Assembly (NCBI GenBank): GCA_040389185.1
Contig: JAZKAJ010000005.1
Coordinates: forward strand, 19,887 to 83,886
DNA: 64,000 nucleotides
Reading direction: 5' to 3'
Source of the DNA: Patescibacteria group bacterium
GTDB taxonomy: Bacteria; Patescibacteriota; Minisyncoccia; Phycocordibacterales; CAIRYW01
Of the stretch, positions 44,273-54,643 are shown piece after piece. The notes below the pieces were generated by a model. That model ran no database searches, was not told the origin of the DNA, and saw nothing but the letters and a program-made list of their open reading frames with translations. The position numbers and the translations under genes are program-made. Numbering within the stretch: position 1 is the first letter of the stretch; each line of letters begins with the position of its first letter.

Positions 44273-45841
44273 TTATTTTGATATTGGTAATGTAATAGTG
44301 AAGACGCTTCCAAGATCTTTACCTTCTGATTCAGCAATTATATTTCCGCCGTGCTTCTTGAAGATATTTTTTGCAATAAATAGTCCAATACCCATTCCTT
44401 CTGTATCTGTATTTTGAGCATCATGGCTTCTAAAAAATTTTGTAAAAATTAAAGGCAGATCTTCCTTTTGGATACCGATACCTCTGTCTCTGAAAATTAT
44501 TTTTGCTTCGTGTCCCTGTACTTTTAGGCTAATACTGATTTTCCCTAGATTAGGAGTATACAAAACTGCGTTGTCGAGAATAATCTGAAGAGCAAATTCT
44601 AAACGCTCTTTGTCCACCATAGAAAACACAGGATTATCAGGATACGAAGTAGAGAGATCAATATGCTTATCTTCAAATTGCTTCATATTATTGAGAACAA
44701 TATGCCGAAGAAGCTCAGAAATATCCTGTTCTTTGAATTGATATGCGTATTTATTTGATTCTGATTTCTCAAGATCAACAAGAAGATCAGTGAGTGAGTT
44801 CAGTCTTTCACAAGCAATCTGCACTTCACCAATAATCTTTTTTCTTTGTTCGTCGGTATTTTTTTCGACGAGAAGATTTTCCATAGACCACTTTATATAA
44901 GTAAGTGGCGTACGGAATTTATGAGTGATGACAGTAACAAATTCATATTTGAGCATGTCCACTTCCCTGATCTTTCTCCAAACAAGAATCCCAAGCACAA
45001 CAACAACACCACCACTTAAAAAAGGTATCAAAAGTGGAGGAAAATCCTTGATGTGGGCTACCAAAAAATTGTTTACACTATTAACAAAGATAAGTGCAAT
45101 CCCCACACCCACGACACCTACAGAATACAAAAAAGCCTTTTTCGCCACCACCCTGACATCCAAAAGTTCAAAACTTAAAAAAGAATACGCAAAAGGAATC
45201 GTGTAGAGCCCACAAAATATCGCATAAACAGGATCAATTGGAATATCAAAGACAAGAAGAAAGGCTGTTGAGCCGAGCGTATATCCATAGAGAAATCCAA
45301 TAAACATATATTTAGCACGATTCTTCTCAATATTATTTGAGCCCACATAGCAGCGCCATAAATCATATACATTATAAAGTGAACAAAGAAGGAAAAAAAT
45401 ATTAAAGATAATAAACCCTGGCCCAGGCACATAATAATATGGGAGATAAAGTTTGGAATGAGGTATACCCAAAAACATTTCTGGGTTTATGAGAAAATAG
45501 ACAAACAAAAGCATTCCAATTAAGTATGTCGCATAGAGCACAACCTTTCTCTCGATTGTTTTTTGTCCAAATACCTCGTAAACAAAATGGATACTGAAAA
45601 TTACAATAAATATATCAGAGAGGAGAAACATAAAATCATTTCGAGCACTTATTGCATTCGAAGCATTGATCCCCAAGAGATGACCTATATAGTAAGCAAC
45701 GACAGAAATAGTAAGAAGAAAAAATAAAATATGCGAGACTTTTCGATGTGCCTTAAAAAGAACAAAGATTCCCAAAAGAAGAATTATTGAGGTGCAAAAT
45801 ATTCCAGCTATATTTATAGTAAGCAGCTCCGGGTGTAACAT
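44273..45841 (-). CDS. Multi-TM sensor histidine kinase
   Basis: Many TMs, H box HKFRTPLT, NAVLYT, DRGIGI and GMGIGL. Confidence 0.92.
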   Translation of the reverse strand: MLHPELLTINIAGIFCTSIILLLGIFVLFKAHRKVSHILFFLLTISVVAYYIGHLLGINASNAISARNDFMFLLSDIFIVIFSIHFVYEVFGQKTIERKVVLYATYLIGMLLFVYFLINPEMFLGIPHSKLYLPYYYVPGPGFIIFNIFFLLCSLYNVYDLWRCYVGSNNIEKNRAKYMFIGFLYGYTLGSTAFLLVFDIPIDPVYAIFCGLYTIPFAYSFLSFELLDVRVVAKKAFLYSVGVVGVGIALIFVNSVNNFLVAHIKDFPPLLIPFLSGGVVVVLGILVWRKIREVDMLKYEFVTVITHKFRTPLTYIKWSMENLLVEKNTDEQRKKIIGEVQIACERLNSLTDLLVDLEKSESNKYAYQFKEQDISELLRHIVLNNMKQFEDKHIDLSTSYPDNPVFSMVDKERLEFALQIILDNAVLYTPNLGKISISLKVQGHEAKIIFRDRGIGIQKEDLPLIFTKFFRSHDAQNTDTEGMGIGLFIAKNIFKKHGGNIIAESEGKDLGSVFTITLPISK

Positions 45842-45955
45842 AGTTCGTTCTAATTATAGCAACTAGGATAACGCTCGTCGAGAATGGGTTTCCTACAATA
45901 CTCTAGCTCCTCATGACACAAACTTCTCTATACAAATATATGATACAATATAGCA

Positions 45956-46816
45956 ATGGAAGATTTTCTTTCTCTACATATAGCACGGCCCTATGTCTAC
46001 ACGATCCTTATTGTGGGACTCTGTGCTATTACATATGGATACACTACAATCTTGGATGAAAAAAGTAATATTGAAGTGAAACTTTTCAATACTAATATTG
46101 AACTCTCTCAAGCCCAAACCCAAAGCGCGTATTTTCAATCCCTCCTCGATGCAAAAGAAAATGAAAAATTAGCTCTCCAGGATACTGTCGAAGATTTCTC
46201 AAATCAGGTTGCAACACTCGAAAAGATCAGAGACACAGACAAGGAGCTTCTTCAAAAATACTCAAAAGTATATTTCTTGAATGAAAACTATACTCCGAAA
46301 GACATAGAGGAAATTTCTTCGATCTATCTTACTCCAAATTCTAAACCACTTGAGCTCGATGCCAATGTTCTCCCATTTTTGAAAAGAATGATCAGGGCAT
46401 CAATCAAAGCTAACAATCCCATCCAAGTTGTCTCGGCTTACAGATCATTTGGAACACAGGAAAATTTGAAGACCGCATACAAAGCAACCTTCGGTTCTGG
46501 CGCAAATGCGTTTTCTGCAGACCAAGGATATTCCGAACACCAACTCGGTACAACAGTTGATCTTACAACACCTATTCTTCAAAATACTTTCGTGTCTTTT
46601 GAGGACACACCTGCGTTCAAATGGTTAGAAGACCATGCGCAAGAATATGGATTTACACTCTCCTACCCAAAGGGTAATAAATATTATGTCTATGAACCAT
46701 GGCATTGGAGATTTGTTGGAGTAGAGCTTGCAACAAAACTTCACGATGAGAATATACACTTTTATGATATGGATCAAAGAGAGATTGATACATATCTTCT
46801 GAAAATATTTGATTAA
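45956..46816 (+). CDS. M15B D,D-carboxypeptidase (VanY-like)
   Basis: SAYRS, SEHQLGTTVD and EPWHWRFVG. Confidence 0.92.
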   Translation: MEDFLSLHIARPYVYTILIVGLCAITYGYTTILDEKSNIEVKLFNTNIELSQAQTQSAYFQSLLDAKENEKLALQDTVEDFSNQVATLEKIRDTDKELLQKYSKVYFLNENYTPKDIEEISSIYLTPNSKPLELDANVLPFLKRMIRASIKANNPIQVVSAYRSFGTQENLKTAYKATFGSGANAFSADQGYSEHQLGTTVDLTTPILQNTFVSFEDTPAFKWLEDHAQEYGFTLSYPKGNKYYVYEPWHWRFVGVELATKLHDENIHFYDMDQREIDTYLLKIFD

Positions 46817-46875
46817 AGCCTATTGAGTTCTCTCAATAAGTTGAGTATTTTACGCATATAATCTATAATCCAAAC

Positions 46876-47592
46876 ATGATACTACTTATTAGTTTGGGAG
46901 CAAGTGCCGCCACCTATTTAGGAGGGCTGATTGCTTTACGATTCAAAGACCGACTCCATCTCATTTTAGGGTTTTCTGCAGGAGCAGTTATTGGCGTTGC
47001 ATTCTTTGACCTTATGCCTGAGGCACTTGGGTTGACATCACAATATTTCACCACTCCAACTACCCTCTCAATTGTTGCGCTCGGATTTATTTCGTACATG
47101 ATTCTTGATCGATCAATAGCTCTGCATAGTCATACCGATGAAGACAGTTGCAACAAGCATCGAAGTAATATCGGTGCAGGCAGTCTTTCAATACATAGCT
47201 TTCTTGATGGAGTGGCTATTGGAGTCGCATTTCAGGTTGGGACCGCAGTTGGAACTATTGTTGCAGTTGCAGTGCTTGTGCATGATTTTTCTGATGGAAT
47301 GAATACAGTCAACATGATCCTAAAAAATAACGGCGACAGAATGAGAGCACTCAAATGGCTAAGTATTGATGCGATAGCTCCAATACTTGGCGTTATCTCC
47401 ACTCTTTTTTTTACTCTCGAAGAAAGTGTACTTGGAATCATTCTCGCCCTATTCTCTGGATTCTTTCTCTATATTGGAGCAAGCGATCTATTACCAGAAA
47501 GCCACCACGGACACAGTACAATGTGGACTACGGTAGCAACAGTAGTTGGAACATCAATACTTTTTGTTGCTATAAAATTGGCAGGAATATAG
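46876..47592 (+). CDS. ZIP family metal transporter
   Basis: HSFLDG, HDFSDG and LLPESH. Confidence 0.9.
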   Translation: MILLISLGASAATYLGGLIALRFKDRLHLILGFSAGAVIGVAFFDLMPEALGLTSQYFTTPTTLSIVALGFISYMILDRSIALHSHTDEDSCNKHRSNIGAGSLSIHSFLDGVAIGVAFQVGTAVGTIVAVAVLVHDFSDGMNTVNMILKNNGDRMRALKWLSIDAIAPILGVISTLFFTLEESVLGIILALFSGFFLYIGASDLLPESHHGHSTMWTTVATVVGTSILFVAIKLAGI

Positions 47593-47597
47593 AGAAA

Positions 47598-47710
47598 CAG
47601 TATTTGGTATGTAGTATATTGTATATAGTATAAATTAAAATGCGTCGCACCCTTTGGGTGCGACGCATTTTATACTACATACAATATACCAAATACTATA
47701 TACAATTTGT
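47598..47710. terminator. Bidirectional hairpin flanked by inverted degenerate heptamer arrays
   Basis: AAAATGCGTCGCACC-TTTG-GGTGCGACGCATTTT; GTATnTn-type 7-mers on the left and their complements on the right. Confidence 0.7.
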
Positions 47711-47711
47711 A

Positions 47712-47912
47712 CTACTTCGTATCACAACACTTGCAATTTGCTTTGTGTGTGAAAATCTCATAGATCGCTGAAAGCCCTACGAGGACGTAAATCACTCGAG
47801 AAACGACAGCATCCATACCGCCAAAAAGCTGTCCAACATCCCAACCTGCAAGTCCTACAAGAAGCCAGTTAAGGCCTCCAATGACAAGAAGGATAAAAGT
47901 TAATTTGTGCAT
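47712..47912 (-). CDS. DUF378 family membrane protein
   Basis: LLVIGGLNWLLVG and RVIYVLVGLSA. Confidence 0.9.
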   Translation of the reverse strand: MHKLTFILLVIGGLNWLLVGLAGWDVGQLFGGMDAVVSRVIYVLVGLSAIYEIFTHKANCKCCDTK

Positions 47913-48027
47913 AAATAAAAAAATAATTGTTTCTAAATCGACCCTACCTTGTACTACATTATACCCTCAATTTAAAAATCATTTTCTACTTATCAACATA
48001 CACAAACACTGATACAATGTAGTACAC

Positions 48028-48195
48028 ATGGGATCAAAACCACTTATTTGGATAGGAATGTTTATTGGTGGCACCGTCGGGGGATTCGTCCCGATGCTCT
48101 GGGGTGATAGTAGCTTTTCTTTCTCTGGGATCTTTTTTAATGCAGTGGGCGCAATAATTGGAATATATGTTGCTTATAGAATATCAGACAATTAG
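48028..48195 (+). CDS. 55-aa Gly-rich membrane microprotein
   Basis: MGSKPLIWIGMFIGGTVGGFVPMLWGDSSFSFSGIFFNAVGAIIGIYVAYRISDN. Confidence 0.7.
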   Translation: MGSKPLIWIGMFIGGTVGGFVPMLWGDSSFSFSGIFFNAVGAIIGIYVAYRISDN

Positions 48196-48210
48196 TGATT
48201 AAATTAATAT

Positions 48211-48573
48211 ATGCACAAAATAAACAAATTCTTTTTTAGTCTAAAATGCGCAACAAAGGGAATTAAAACAGTTCTAAAAGAAGAACAGAATTTTCAAATA
48301 GAGATTATTATTGCGCTATTCACAATATTACTTGGTATCTTTTTGAATATAAGCAACATAGAAATGGCAATCATTATTATTTCTATAATCATTGTTCTAA
48401 CGGCAGAAATAGTAAATACCGCAATTGAAGATCTTTGTGACAAAATAGAACCTCATCATGACAGTATTATAGGAAAGATCAAAGATATTATGGCAGGCTT
48501 TGTACTTATTACATCAATTGGAACTGTGGTTGTAGGACTCATAATATTCCTTCCAAAGATATCAGTATTTTAA
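48211..48573 (+). CDS. dgkA: DgkA-family kinase (diacylglycerol or undecaprenol kinase)
   Basis: EQNFQIE, EIVNTAIE and KIKD. Confidence 0.9.
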   Translation: MHKINKFFFSLKCATKGIKTVLKEEQNFQIEIIIALFTILLGIFLNISNIEMAIIIISIIIVLTAEIVNTAIEDLCDKIEPHHDSIIGKIKDIMAGFVLITSIGTVVVGLIIFLPKISVF

Positions 48574-48592
48574 TTCTGAATATAAAAGTTAT

Positions 48593-49540
48593 ATGAAATT
48601 ATTGGGCCATATTCTGAGGATAATAATCATGACAACAATTGTCGGCGCAATTCTCTATCATTTCAATACCCAATTTCAAACCGCCATTGATCAAAAGTAC
48701 GAGTGGCTCTTCCCTTGCAAAACAGCTATTACCTATTCAGTTGGCATTGTCGATCCAAAATTTGGTATTTCAACAGATCAATTTTTGAGTGCAATCAAGA
48801 TTGGAGAAAAAACGTGGGAAGATGCCTTAAATGGCAAGAAGCTCTTTGAATACGTACCCGAAGGCGGCAAAGTAAGCGTTAACTTAATTTACGACACTCG
48901 ACAATCTGCAACGGACAAATTAAAAAAACTTGGCTATGTCATAAATGACGACAAGGCAAGTTTCAATGACCTCAAAACAAAATATGATGCACTAAGCAAA
49001 TCATTCAATCAAACAAAAGCACAAATAACGAGCGATATTAATGACCTAAAACGAGATCAAGCTGCTTATGAAAAGGAAGTGGCTTATTGGAATAGCAAAG
49101 GTGGTGCGCCGAAAGAAGATTATGCAAAACTGCAGAAAGAAAAAAATGATTTAAACAACAGAGCAGACAGTATAAACCAAAGACAAGAGACGCTTAATCA
49201 ATCTGTTGACACTATCAATTCATTAGGTACGGTTTTAAATGAGCAGATCAGTACGCTTAATCTCGATGTAGACAAATATAATAATAACCAAGAGACTCTA
49301 GGTGATGAATTTGATCAGGGTGAGTACGTGCTTGACCAGAGTGGTCGAACTATCAATATCTATCAATTTGATAATATGGCAAAACTCGAACGAGTACTTA
49401 CCCATGAATTAGGCCACGCATTAGGACTTGAGCACAATGATGACCCAAAATCAGTGATGTACAAACTAAACCAAGGAACCACACTCACACTTTCAGCAGA
49501 AGATATTTCATCACTCAAAGCTGTTTGTCGCACCCTCTAA
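48593..49540 (+). CDS. Matrixin-like (M10) metalloprotease with a coiled-coil insert
   Basis: HELGHALGLEH and Met-turn SVMY; N-terminal TM. Confidence 0.88.
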   Translation: MKLLGHILRIIIMTTIVGAILYHFNTQFQTAIDQKYEWLFPCKTAITYSVGIVDPKFGISTDQFLSAIKIGEKTWEDALNGKKLFEYVPEGGKVSVNLIYDTRQSATDKLKKLGYVINDDKASFNDLKTKYDALSKSFNQTKAQITSDINDLKRDQAAYEKEVAYWNSKGGAPKEDYAKLQKEKNDLNNRADSINQRQETLNQSVDTINSLGTVLNEQISTLNLDVDKYNNNQETLGDEFDQGEYVLDQSGRTINIYQFDNMAKLERVLTHELGHALGLEHNDDPKSVMYKLNQGTTLTLSAEDISSLKAVCRTL

Positions 49541-49697
49541 AGTTTTATCTATTGAAAAGTTTGTCGAACAAACTTTTCTTGCTCTGCAATATAACCAATC
49601 TTAGAACATTGTTTTTATGCTCTATATACACAACAACTTAAATCTTACTTTGAAAAACAAGGTTATATTGCAGAGCGATAGATAAAATTTTCTAGGG
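49533..49697. repeat. ~165-bp fold-back element
   Basis: Outer arms match 17/20; inner arms GCTCTGCAATATAACC/GGTTATATTGCAGAGC are a perfect 16-bp pair. Confidence 0.75.
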
Positions 49698-49705
49698 TAA
49701 AAAAT

Positions 49706-50467
49706 CTAAACAATAAAAAAGTAGAACAACACAGCAATCAATATTCGATATACTCCGAATACAATAAAATCATGCTTCTTTACAAATGAGAGGAATCCTT
49801 TGATCGCAATTATTGCGACAATATAAGAAACAATAAATCCAACAAAGAGTGCCCCGAGATTGCCGCCATGAATAAGCGCGTCTTTGTTCTTTAGAATATC
49901 CAACCCTGTTGCTGCGCACATCGTAGGTACCGCAAGAAGAAATGAGAATTCTGCAATCGCCGTACGACTAATCCCCTGCATCATACCTCCCACAATTGTC
50001 GCTGCAGAACGAGATACACCAGGAACGAATGCAACACACTGACAGAGACCAATAATAAAAGATTGTTTTATAGAAATTGAATCACTTCCCTTCTCTACTT
50101 TCTTTTTATTATAAAGTTCAAAAATAATGAGAAGTATTCCCCCAATAAAAAGTGCCCAGAGTACAATTGATATGTCTCCTAGATATTCCTTTACTCGCTT
50201 GTATACCAAAAGTCCAATGACCGCGGTCGGCAGGAATCCAACAAAAAGTTTTTTTAAAATTTCAATATTAAAGAATGATTTAAAATAAAGAGTCACCACA
50301 GCCAGAATTGCTCCAAGCTGAATGATAATCTCAAAACTTTTTACAAAATCAGTTTGTTCAAGATGAAGAATTTTTGCACCCAAGATAAGATGTGCTGTAG
50401 AAGACACGGGCAGAAATTCTGTAATTCCTTCAATAATTCCCAAGATTGTTGCATCAAATATATTCAT
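49706..50467 (-). CDS. uppP: Undecaprenyl-diphosphate phosphatase
   Basis: EGITEFLPVSSTAHL, QLGAILAV and PGVSRSAATI. Confidence 0.96.
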   Translation of the reverse strand: MNIFDATILGIIEGITEFLPVSSTAHLILGAKILHLEQTDFVKSFEIIIQLGAILAVVTLYFKSFFNIEILKKLFVGFLPTAVIGLLVYKRVKEYLGDISIVLWALFIGGILLIIFELYNKKKVEKGSDSISIKQSFIIGLCQCVAFVPGVSRSAATIVGGMMQGISRTAIAEFSFLLAVPTMCAATGLDILKNKDALIHGGNLGALFVGFIVSYIVAIIAIKGFLSFVKKHDFIVFGVYRILIAVLFYFFIV

Positions 50468-50600
50468 AGAATAGTAGTATAAAGTCAAAAGTCAAAAGTG
50501 ACAACAGCTGTTGATACCGAGAGGGAGAAAGCGAAAAGCTAAATGCACCGTAACACATGGACTTTATACTCCCTACTATGTACGATATACTAGAACCACA

Positions 50601-51875
50601 ATGGAACATTTATTTGTATCTCTTTTTCAAACCCATCTCGACACATTCAAGCATTTTGGATACTGGATAATATTACTCGTTACCTATATAGAATCAGTAC
50701 CACTTTTGGGAATGCTTATTCCAGGACAAACAATTATCATTCTCGCTGGGTTTATGGTGAAGCTTCATTTCTTTGGTTTTTGGATCACAATCGCAGTCAC
50801 AACGTTAGGTGCTGTGCTCGGTGATCTCACGGGCTTTTATCTTGGACATACATATGGTCACCATTTCACCGCTGCAGAAAAAAAATTTTATATCAAAAGA
50901 GAACAGTTCGAAAAGACCAAACATCTTATCGCTACACACCCATTCAAAGCAATCTTCTTTGGAAGACTTCATTCATTAACACGGACTCTCACACCGTTTG
51001 CTGGGGGTGCAAGCAACATAAGCCTCAGTAAATTTCTTTCTATAGATATTCTCTCATCTTTTGTTTGGGCCTTCCTTTCAATACTTATCGGATTTATATT
51101 TGGCAAAAGTTTTGAAAAGGCATCAGCATTTCTGGGCAGCTTTATTCTTGTTGCCACATTTATCACCGTTTGTATCATCTTAGCCGTAAATTATGCAAAA
51201 AAGAAAAACATAAAGCTCGCAAAGATTGATGTTTTTATGTTCATTACTTCAACCGTAACGATCTATTTATTTGGACTTATTGCTCGAGACCTGGTAACAG
51301 GACATCTATTTACTATTTTTGATCAACATATATACATGCTTCGACACATAATTGAAACTCCTCTTATGACAACAATCATGCTTATGTTCAGCACACTTGG
51401 TAACGCTCTCTTTATGACATCCCTCGCTCTGCTCTTCATACTCTTTCTTGTAAGCAAAAAACAATACAGACACGCACTGCTTTCTTCATCAATCTTGATT
51501 GCAGGACTCGGAGCTGTTGAATTCTTAAAGATACATTATGCACGAATCAGACCCCTTGGAATCATAAATGTGGATGGTAATAGCTTCCCGAGCGGACACA
51601 TGGCAATGTCAATGATGCTTGCAATTCTCGTCTCTTATATAAGTCTCCGGCACTTGAAACCAATTATAAAGAGAAGAGCTCTTTTGACCCTTGTTTACAC
51701 AACATCGCTTGTAATTGGCTTTTCGAGGATATATCTTGGGGTTCACTGGGCATCGGATGTCTTGGCAGGACTTCTCTTTGGGATATTCTTCGCAACATTT
51801 GGTATAGTGGTATTTAATGGAATTTCGTTTATTATAAGTGTAGGCAAAAAGAAGCATGAGATACCATTACCTTAA
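50601..51875 (+). CDS. DedA-PAP2 fusion protein
   Basis: DedA: ES..LIPG, GD..G, GR..R; PAP2: K...RIRP, SFPSGH, SRIYLGVHW.SD. Confidence 0.9.
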   Translation: MEHLFVSLFQTHLDTFKHFGYWIILLVTYIESVPLLGMLIPGQTIIILAGFMVKLHFFGFWITIAVTTLGAVLGDLTGFYLGHTYGHHFTAAEKKFYIKREQFEKTKHLIATHPFKAIFFGRLHSLTRTLTPFAGGASNISLSKFLSIDILSSFVWAFLSILIGFIFGKSFEKASAFLGSFILVATFITVCIILAVNYAKKKNIKLAKIDVFMFITSTVTIYLFGLIARDLVTGHLFTIFDQHIYMLRHIIETPLMTTIMLMFSTLGNALFMTSLALLFILFLVSKKQYRHALLSSSILIAGLGAVEFLKIHYARIRPLGIINVDGNSFPSGHMAMSMMLAILVSYISLRHLKPIIKRRALLTLVYTTSLVIGFSRIYLGVHWASDVLAGLLFGIFFATFGIVVFNGISFIISVGKKKHEIPLP

Positions 51876-51929
51876 AAAGGTAAATCTCAATAAACAAACA
51901 CCAAATTACAAACAAAATACAATAACAAT

Positions 51930-53174
51930 ATGAAAAAAGATTATATTCCATCAAAGAAAATATTAGAAAACTACGCAAAGGTTCTTGTAAACTTTGCACT
52001 TAATAGTGGAAAAGGAGTTCAGAAAGGAGAAACGGTATATCTCACAGTAAACGAATATGCACGACCAATGTATGTCGAGCTCTACAAAGCGATCATCAAG
52101 CGAGGTGGTAATGTTATCACAAACTACATTCCAGATGACAAAGAAACATATGACAAAGCAAATTCGAATGTCTCTCGGCTCTTCTATGAACTCGCAAGCG
52201 ACACACAGCTCTCCTACTTCCCTTCTAAATATATGAAAGGCCTTATCGATGAGATCGATCACTCGATCTACATCATTTCTGATACCAACAAACATATCTT
52301 GAAAGGTATTGATCCAAAGAAAATTATGGCGCGAGGCAAGGCATTTAAACCATATATGGATTGGAGAAACCACAAGGAGAATCAAGGCAAGTTCACCTGG
52401 ACTCTTGCTCTTTATGGAACACCTGCAATGGCCAAGGAAGCAAAAATGAGTCTCAAAGAATATTGGGCACAAATCATCAAGGCATGTTTTCTTGATAAAA
52501 AAGATCCAATTGCAGAATGGAAAAAAACATACAAATACATCGACAAAGCTGAGAACAAATTAAATTCAATGCCGATTGAAAAACTTCACGTCAAAGGGCC
52601 TGATGCGGATCTCTGGGTACATCTCGGCGAAAAGAAAAAATGGAAAAGTGGAAGCGGACGAAACATTCCATCATTTGAGATCTTTACTTCTCCAGACTGG
52701 AGAGGAACTAACGGATGGATTAGATTCTCAGAACCTCTCTACCGATATGGCAATCTCATCACAGGCATCGAACTTTGGTTTAAAGACGGAAAGGTTATAA
52801 AGAGTAAAGCAACACAAAACGAAAAGGTTTTGAAACAAATGATTGCAACAGAGAATGCAGACAAGATCGGCGAATACTCACTCACAGATACGAGGTTCTC
52901 TCGGATCACAAAGTTCATGGCAGAAACCCTCTTTGATGAAAACGTAGGTGGCAAATACGGCAACACTCACCTTGCACTCGGTAACGCATACCATGACTGC
53001 TATACAGGTGATGCATCACAAATGACTACAGAAGATTGGGAGGAGCTAGGATTTAATTCTTCATCAGTTCACACAGACATCGTCTCCACAACACCTCGAA
53101 CAGTAACTGCATATATGAAAGATGGAACAAGTGAAGTGATCTATAAGGATGGATATTTTACTTTCTTGAAATAA
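51930..53174 (+). CDS. M29 aminopeptidase (AmpS/PepS-like)
   Basis: NIPSFEIFTSP, LFDEN, HLALG and SSVHTD. Confidence 0.93.
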   Translation: MKKDYIPSKKILENYAKVLVNFALNSGKGVQKGETVYLTVNEYARPMYVELYKAIIKRGGNVITNYIPDDKETYDKANSNVSRLFYELASDTQLSYFPSKYMKGLIDEIDHSIYIISDTNKHILKGIDPKKIMARGKAFKPYMDWRNHKENQGKFTWTLALYGTPAMAKEAKMSLKEYWAQIIKACFLDKKDPIAEWKKTYKYIDKAENKLNSMPIEKLHVKGPDADLWVHLGEKKKWKSGSGRNIPSFEIFTSPDWRGTNGWIRFSEPLYRYGNLITGIELWFKDGKVIKSKATQNEKVLKQMIATENADKIGEYSLTDTRFSRITKFMAETLFDENVGGKYGNTHLALGNAYHDCYTGDASQMTTEDWEELGFNSSSVHTDIVSTTPRTVTAYMKDGTSEVIYKDGYFTFLK

Positions 53175-53181
53175 ATTAAAA

Positions 53182-53938
53182 GTGAAATCTTGGAACTCAA
53201 AACAAATTAAACAACATGAGCTTGCGGGAGAAAAACTTGGACTCATCAAAGATGAATTCAGAGACTTTGTTGTAGAGAAAATAAAGTCAAAGAAAGATAT
53301 CTTTGAAAAAGACTGTGTTGAATTCATCAAAAAATCCTATAAAAAACACGGACTTATTTGTGAGGACAAAAAGGAATTCGCGATTGTTGCGTTTGGAGTC
53401 AATACAAAGGAAGTTCACTATTTCTTTAAAGGTGAAGGATTAAAATTGGTTTCTGAGACTTTAATTCTCCTTGATATCTGGGTACGACTCGACCAAAAAA
53501 CAGCTCCTTACGCAGACACAACATTTATGTTTTACTTCGGTAAAAGAATACCAAAAGAAATTCAAAAGACTTGGGAAGTACTCGTAAAATCTCGAGATAA
53601 TGCAATCAGTTATATAAAAAAGGAAATCAAAAAAGGACGAACGCCGCGAGGACTGGATATAGACCGTGAAGCACATGACCACATAGGAAGCAATGGATAT
53701 TCACATGCGATCAAGCACACAATTGGCCATTCTCTCGGATTTGATTCCCCTCACGGCAAACTTCCTGGAATTAATTGGAGAGAATATTCGCAGATCTTAC
53801 AGAATGTTGGATATACCATTGAACCTGGAATGTATCTCAAAGATTTTGGAATGCGGACAGAATTGGATTTTTATATAAATGAGAAAATGAGATGGTGATT
53901 ACAACACCGATACAGAAGGAAATAGAAATTATCCAATA
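53182..53938 (+). CDS. M24 metallopeptidase (catalytic domain only); possible 1-nt frameshift near 53885
   Basis: LLD, YADTT, HTIGHSLG, TIEPG.Y and G.R.E; alternative frame continues EMVITTPIQKEIEIIQ to a TAA at 53938. Confidence 0.8.
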
Positions 53939-53970
53939 AAAATAGTGAGCAGGATTAGTGCTCACCGAGG

Positions 53971-54456
53971 CTATGAGTGAAGAATCGAGCAAAGAACTGA
54001 AGTCGGAATTTTTCCTCCACAACGATTTGCGATTACGAGCATTAGTTCCAAATCTTTGGCGGATATTTCCTTAGGCAGTGCTCCCACTAAAGCACCATTA
54101 ACAACATATCTTACCAAACTTACCATCGCTTTATCAGCAAGTGTCTGTAATGCTGTTCGCTCAGAATTAGTAACCGTAACTGAGAATCGGCTAACTCCCT
54201 CACCCAGTTTTGGACGCCCTCTTTTAGCCCCCTCCTGAACAGGGTTAGCCTCCAGAGGTGTCACAATCCGTTGCATTTTCCTAAAAATAAGAGCTCGTAT
54301 TTTGTGCTTACGAACATATTCTTCACTCCAAAAACATGTAGCAGTCCTTTCCGAAATCCCGACTTTTTTTGCCAAAGCAATTTGGGTAATGCCAGACTCC
54401 TTCAGCAATCTCATCACTCGCACCTGCTCTTCAGCTAATTCAGGTTTAATTTTCAT
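53971..54456 (-). CDS. Putative DNA-binding protein (HTH + AT-hook + RHH-like)
   Basis: GITQIALAKKVGISERT, KRGRPK and FSVTVTNSERTALQTLA..SL..YV. Confidence 0.55.
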   Translation of the reverse strand: MKIKPELAEEQVRVMRLLKESGITQIALAKKVGISERTATCFWSEEYVRKHKIRALIFRKMQRIVTPLEANPVQEGAKRGRPKLGEGVSRFSVTVTNSERTALQTLADKAMVSLVRYVVNGALVGALPKEISAKDLELMLVIANRCGGKIPTSVLCSILHS

Positions 54457-54643
54457 TTCAATAATTGTTGTTGATTCAAAATCCTTATCCAAGCTTCATA
54501 CTAATCACAAACCCACAGAACTCTATTTCCCAACACCTTATCTCCAAAAACCCAATAAAATTAATCCATATTATTATAAACTGACGAATATTTTAGTCGT
54601 CAATATTTGTAAATGGGAAGCAGATGTGTTAATATCGAAATAT

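Noticed and set aside
54302-54643. Long N-terminal extension of the TrmB ORF
   Set aside because: It overlaps the opposite-strand gene; the wHTH domain starts at ATG 54644.
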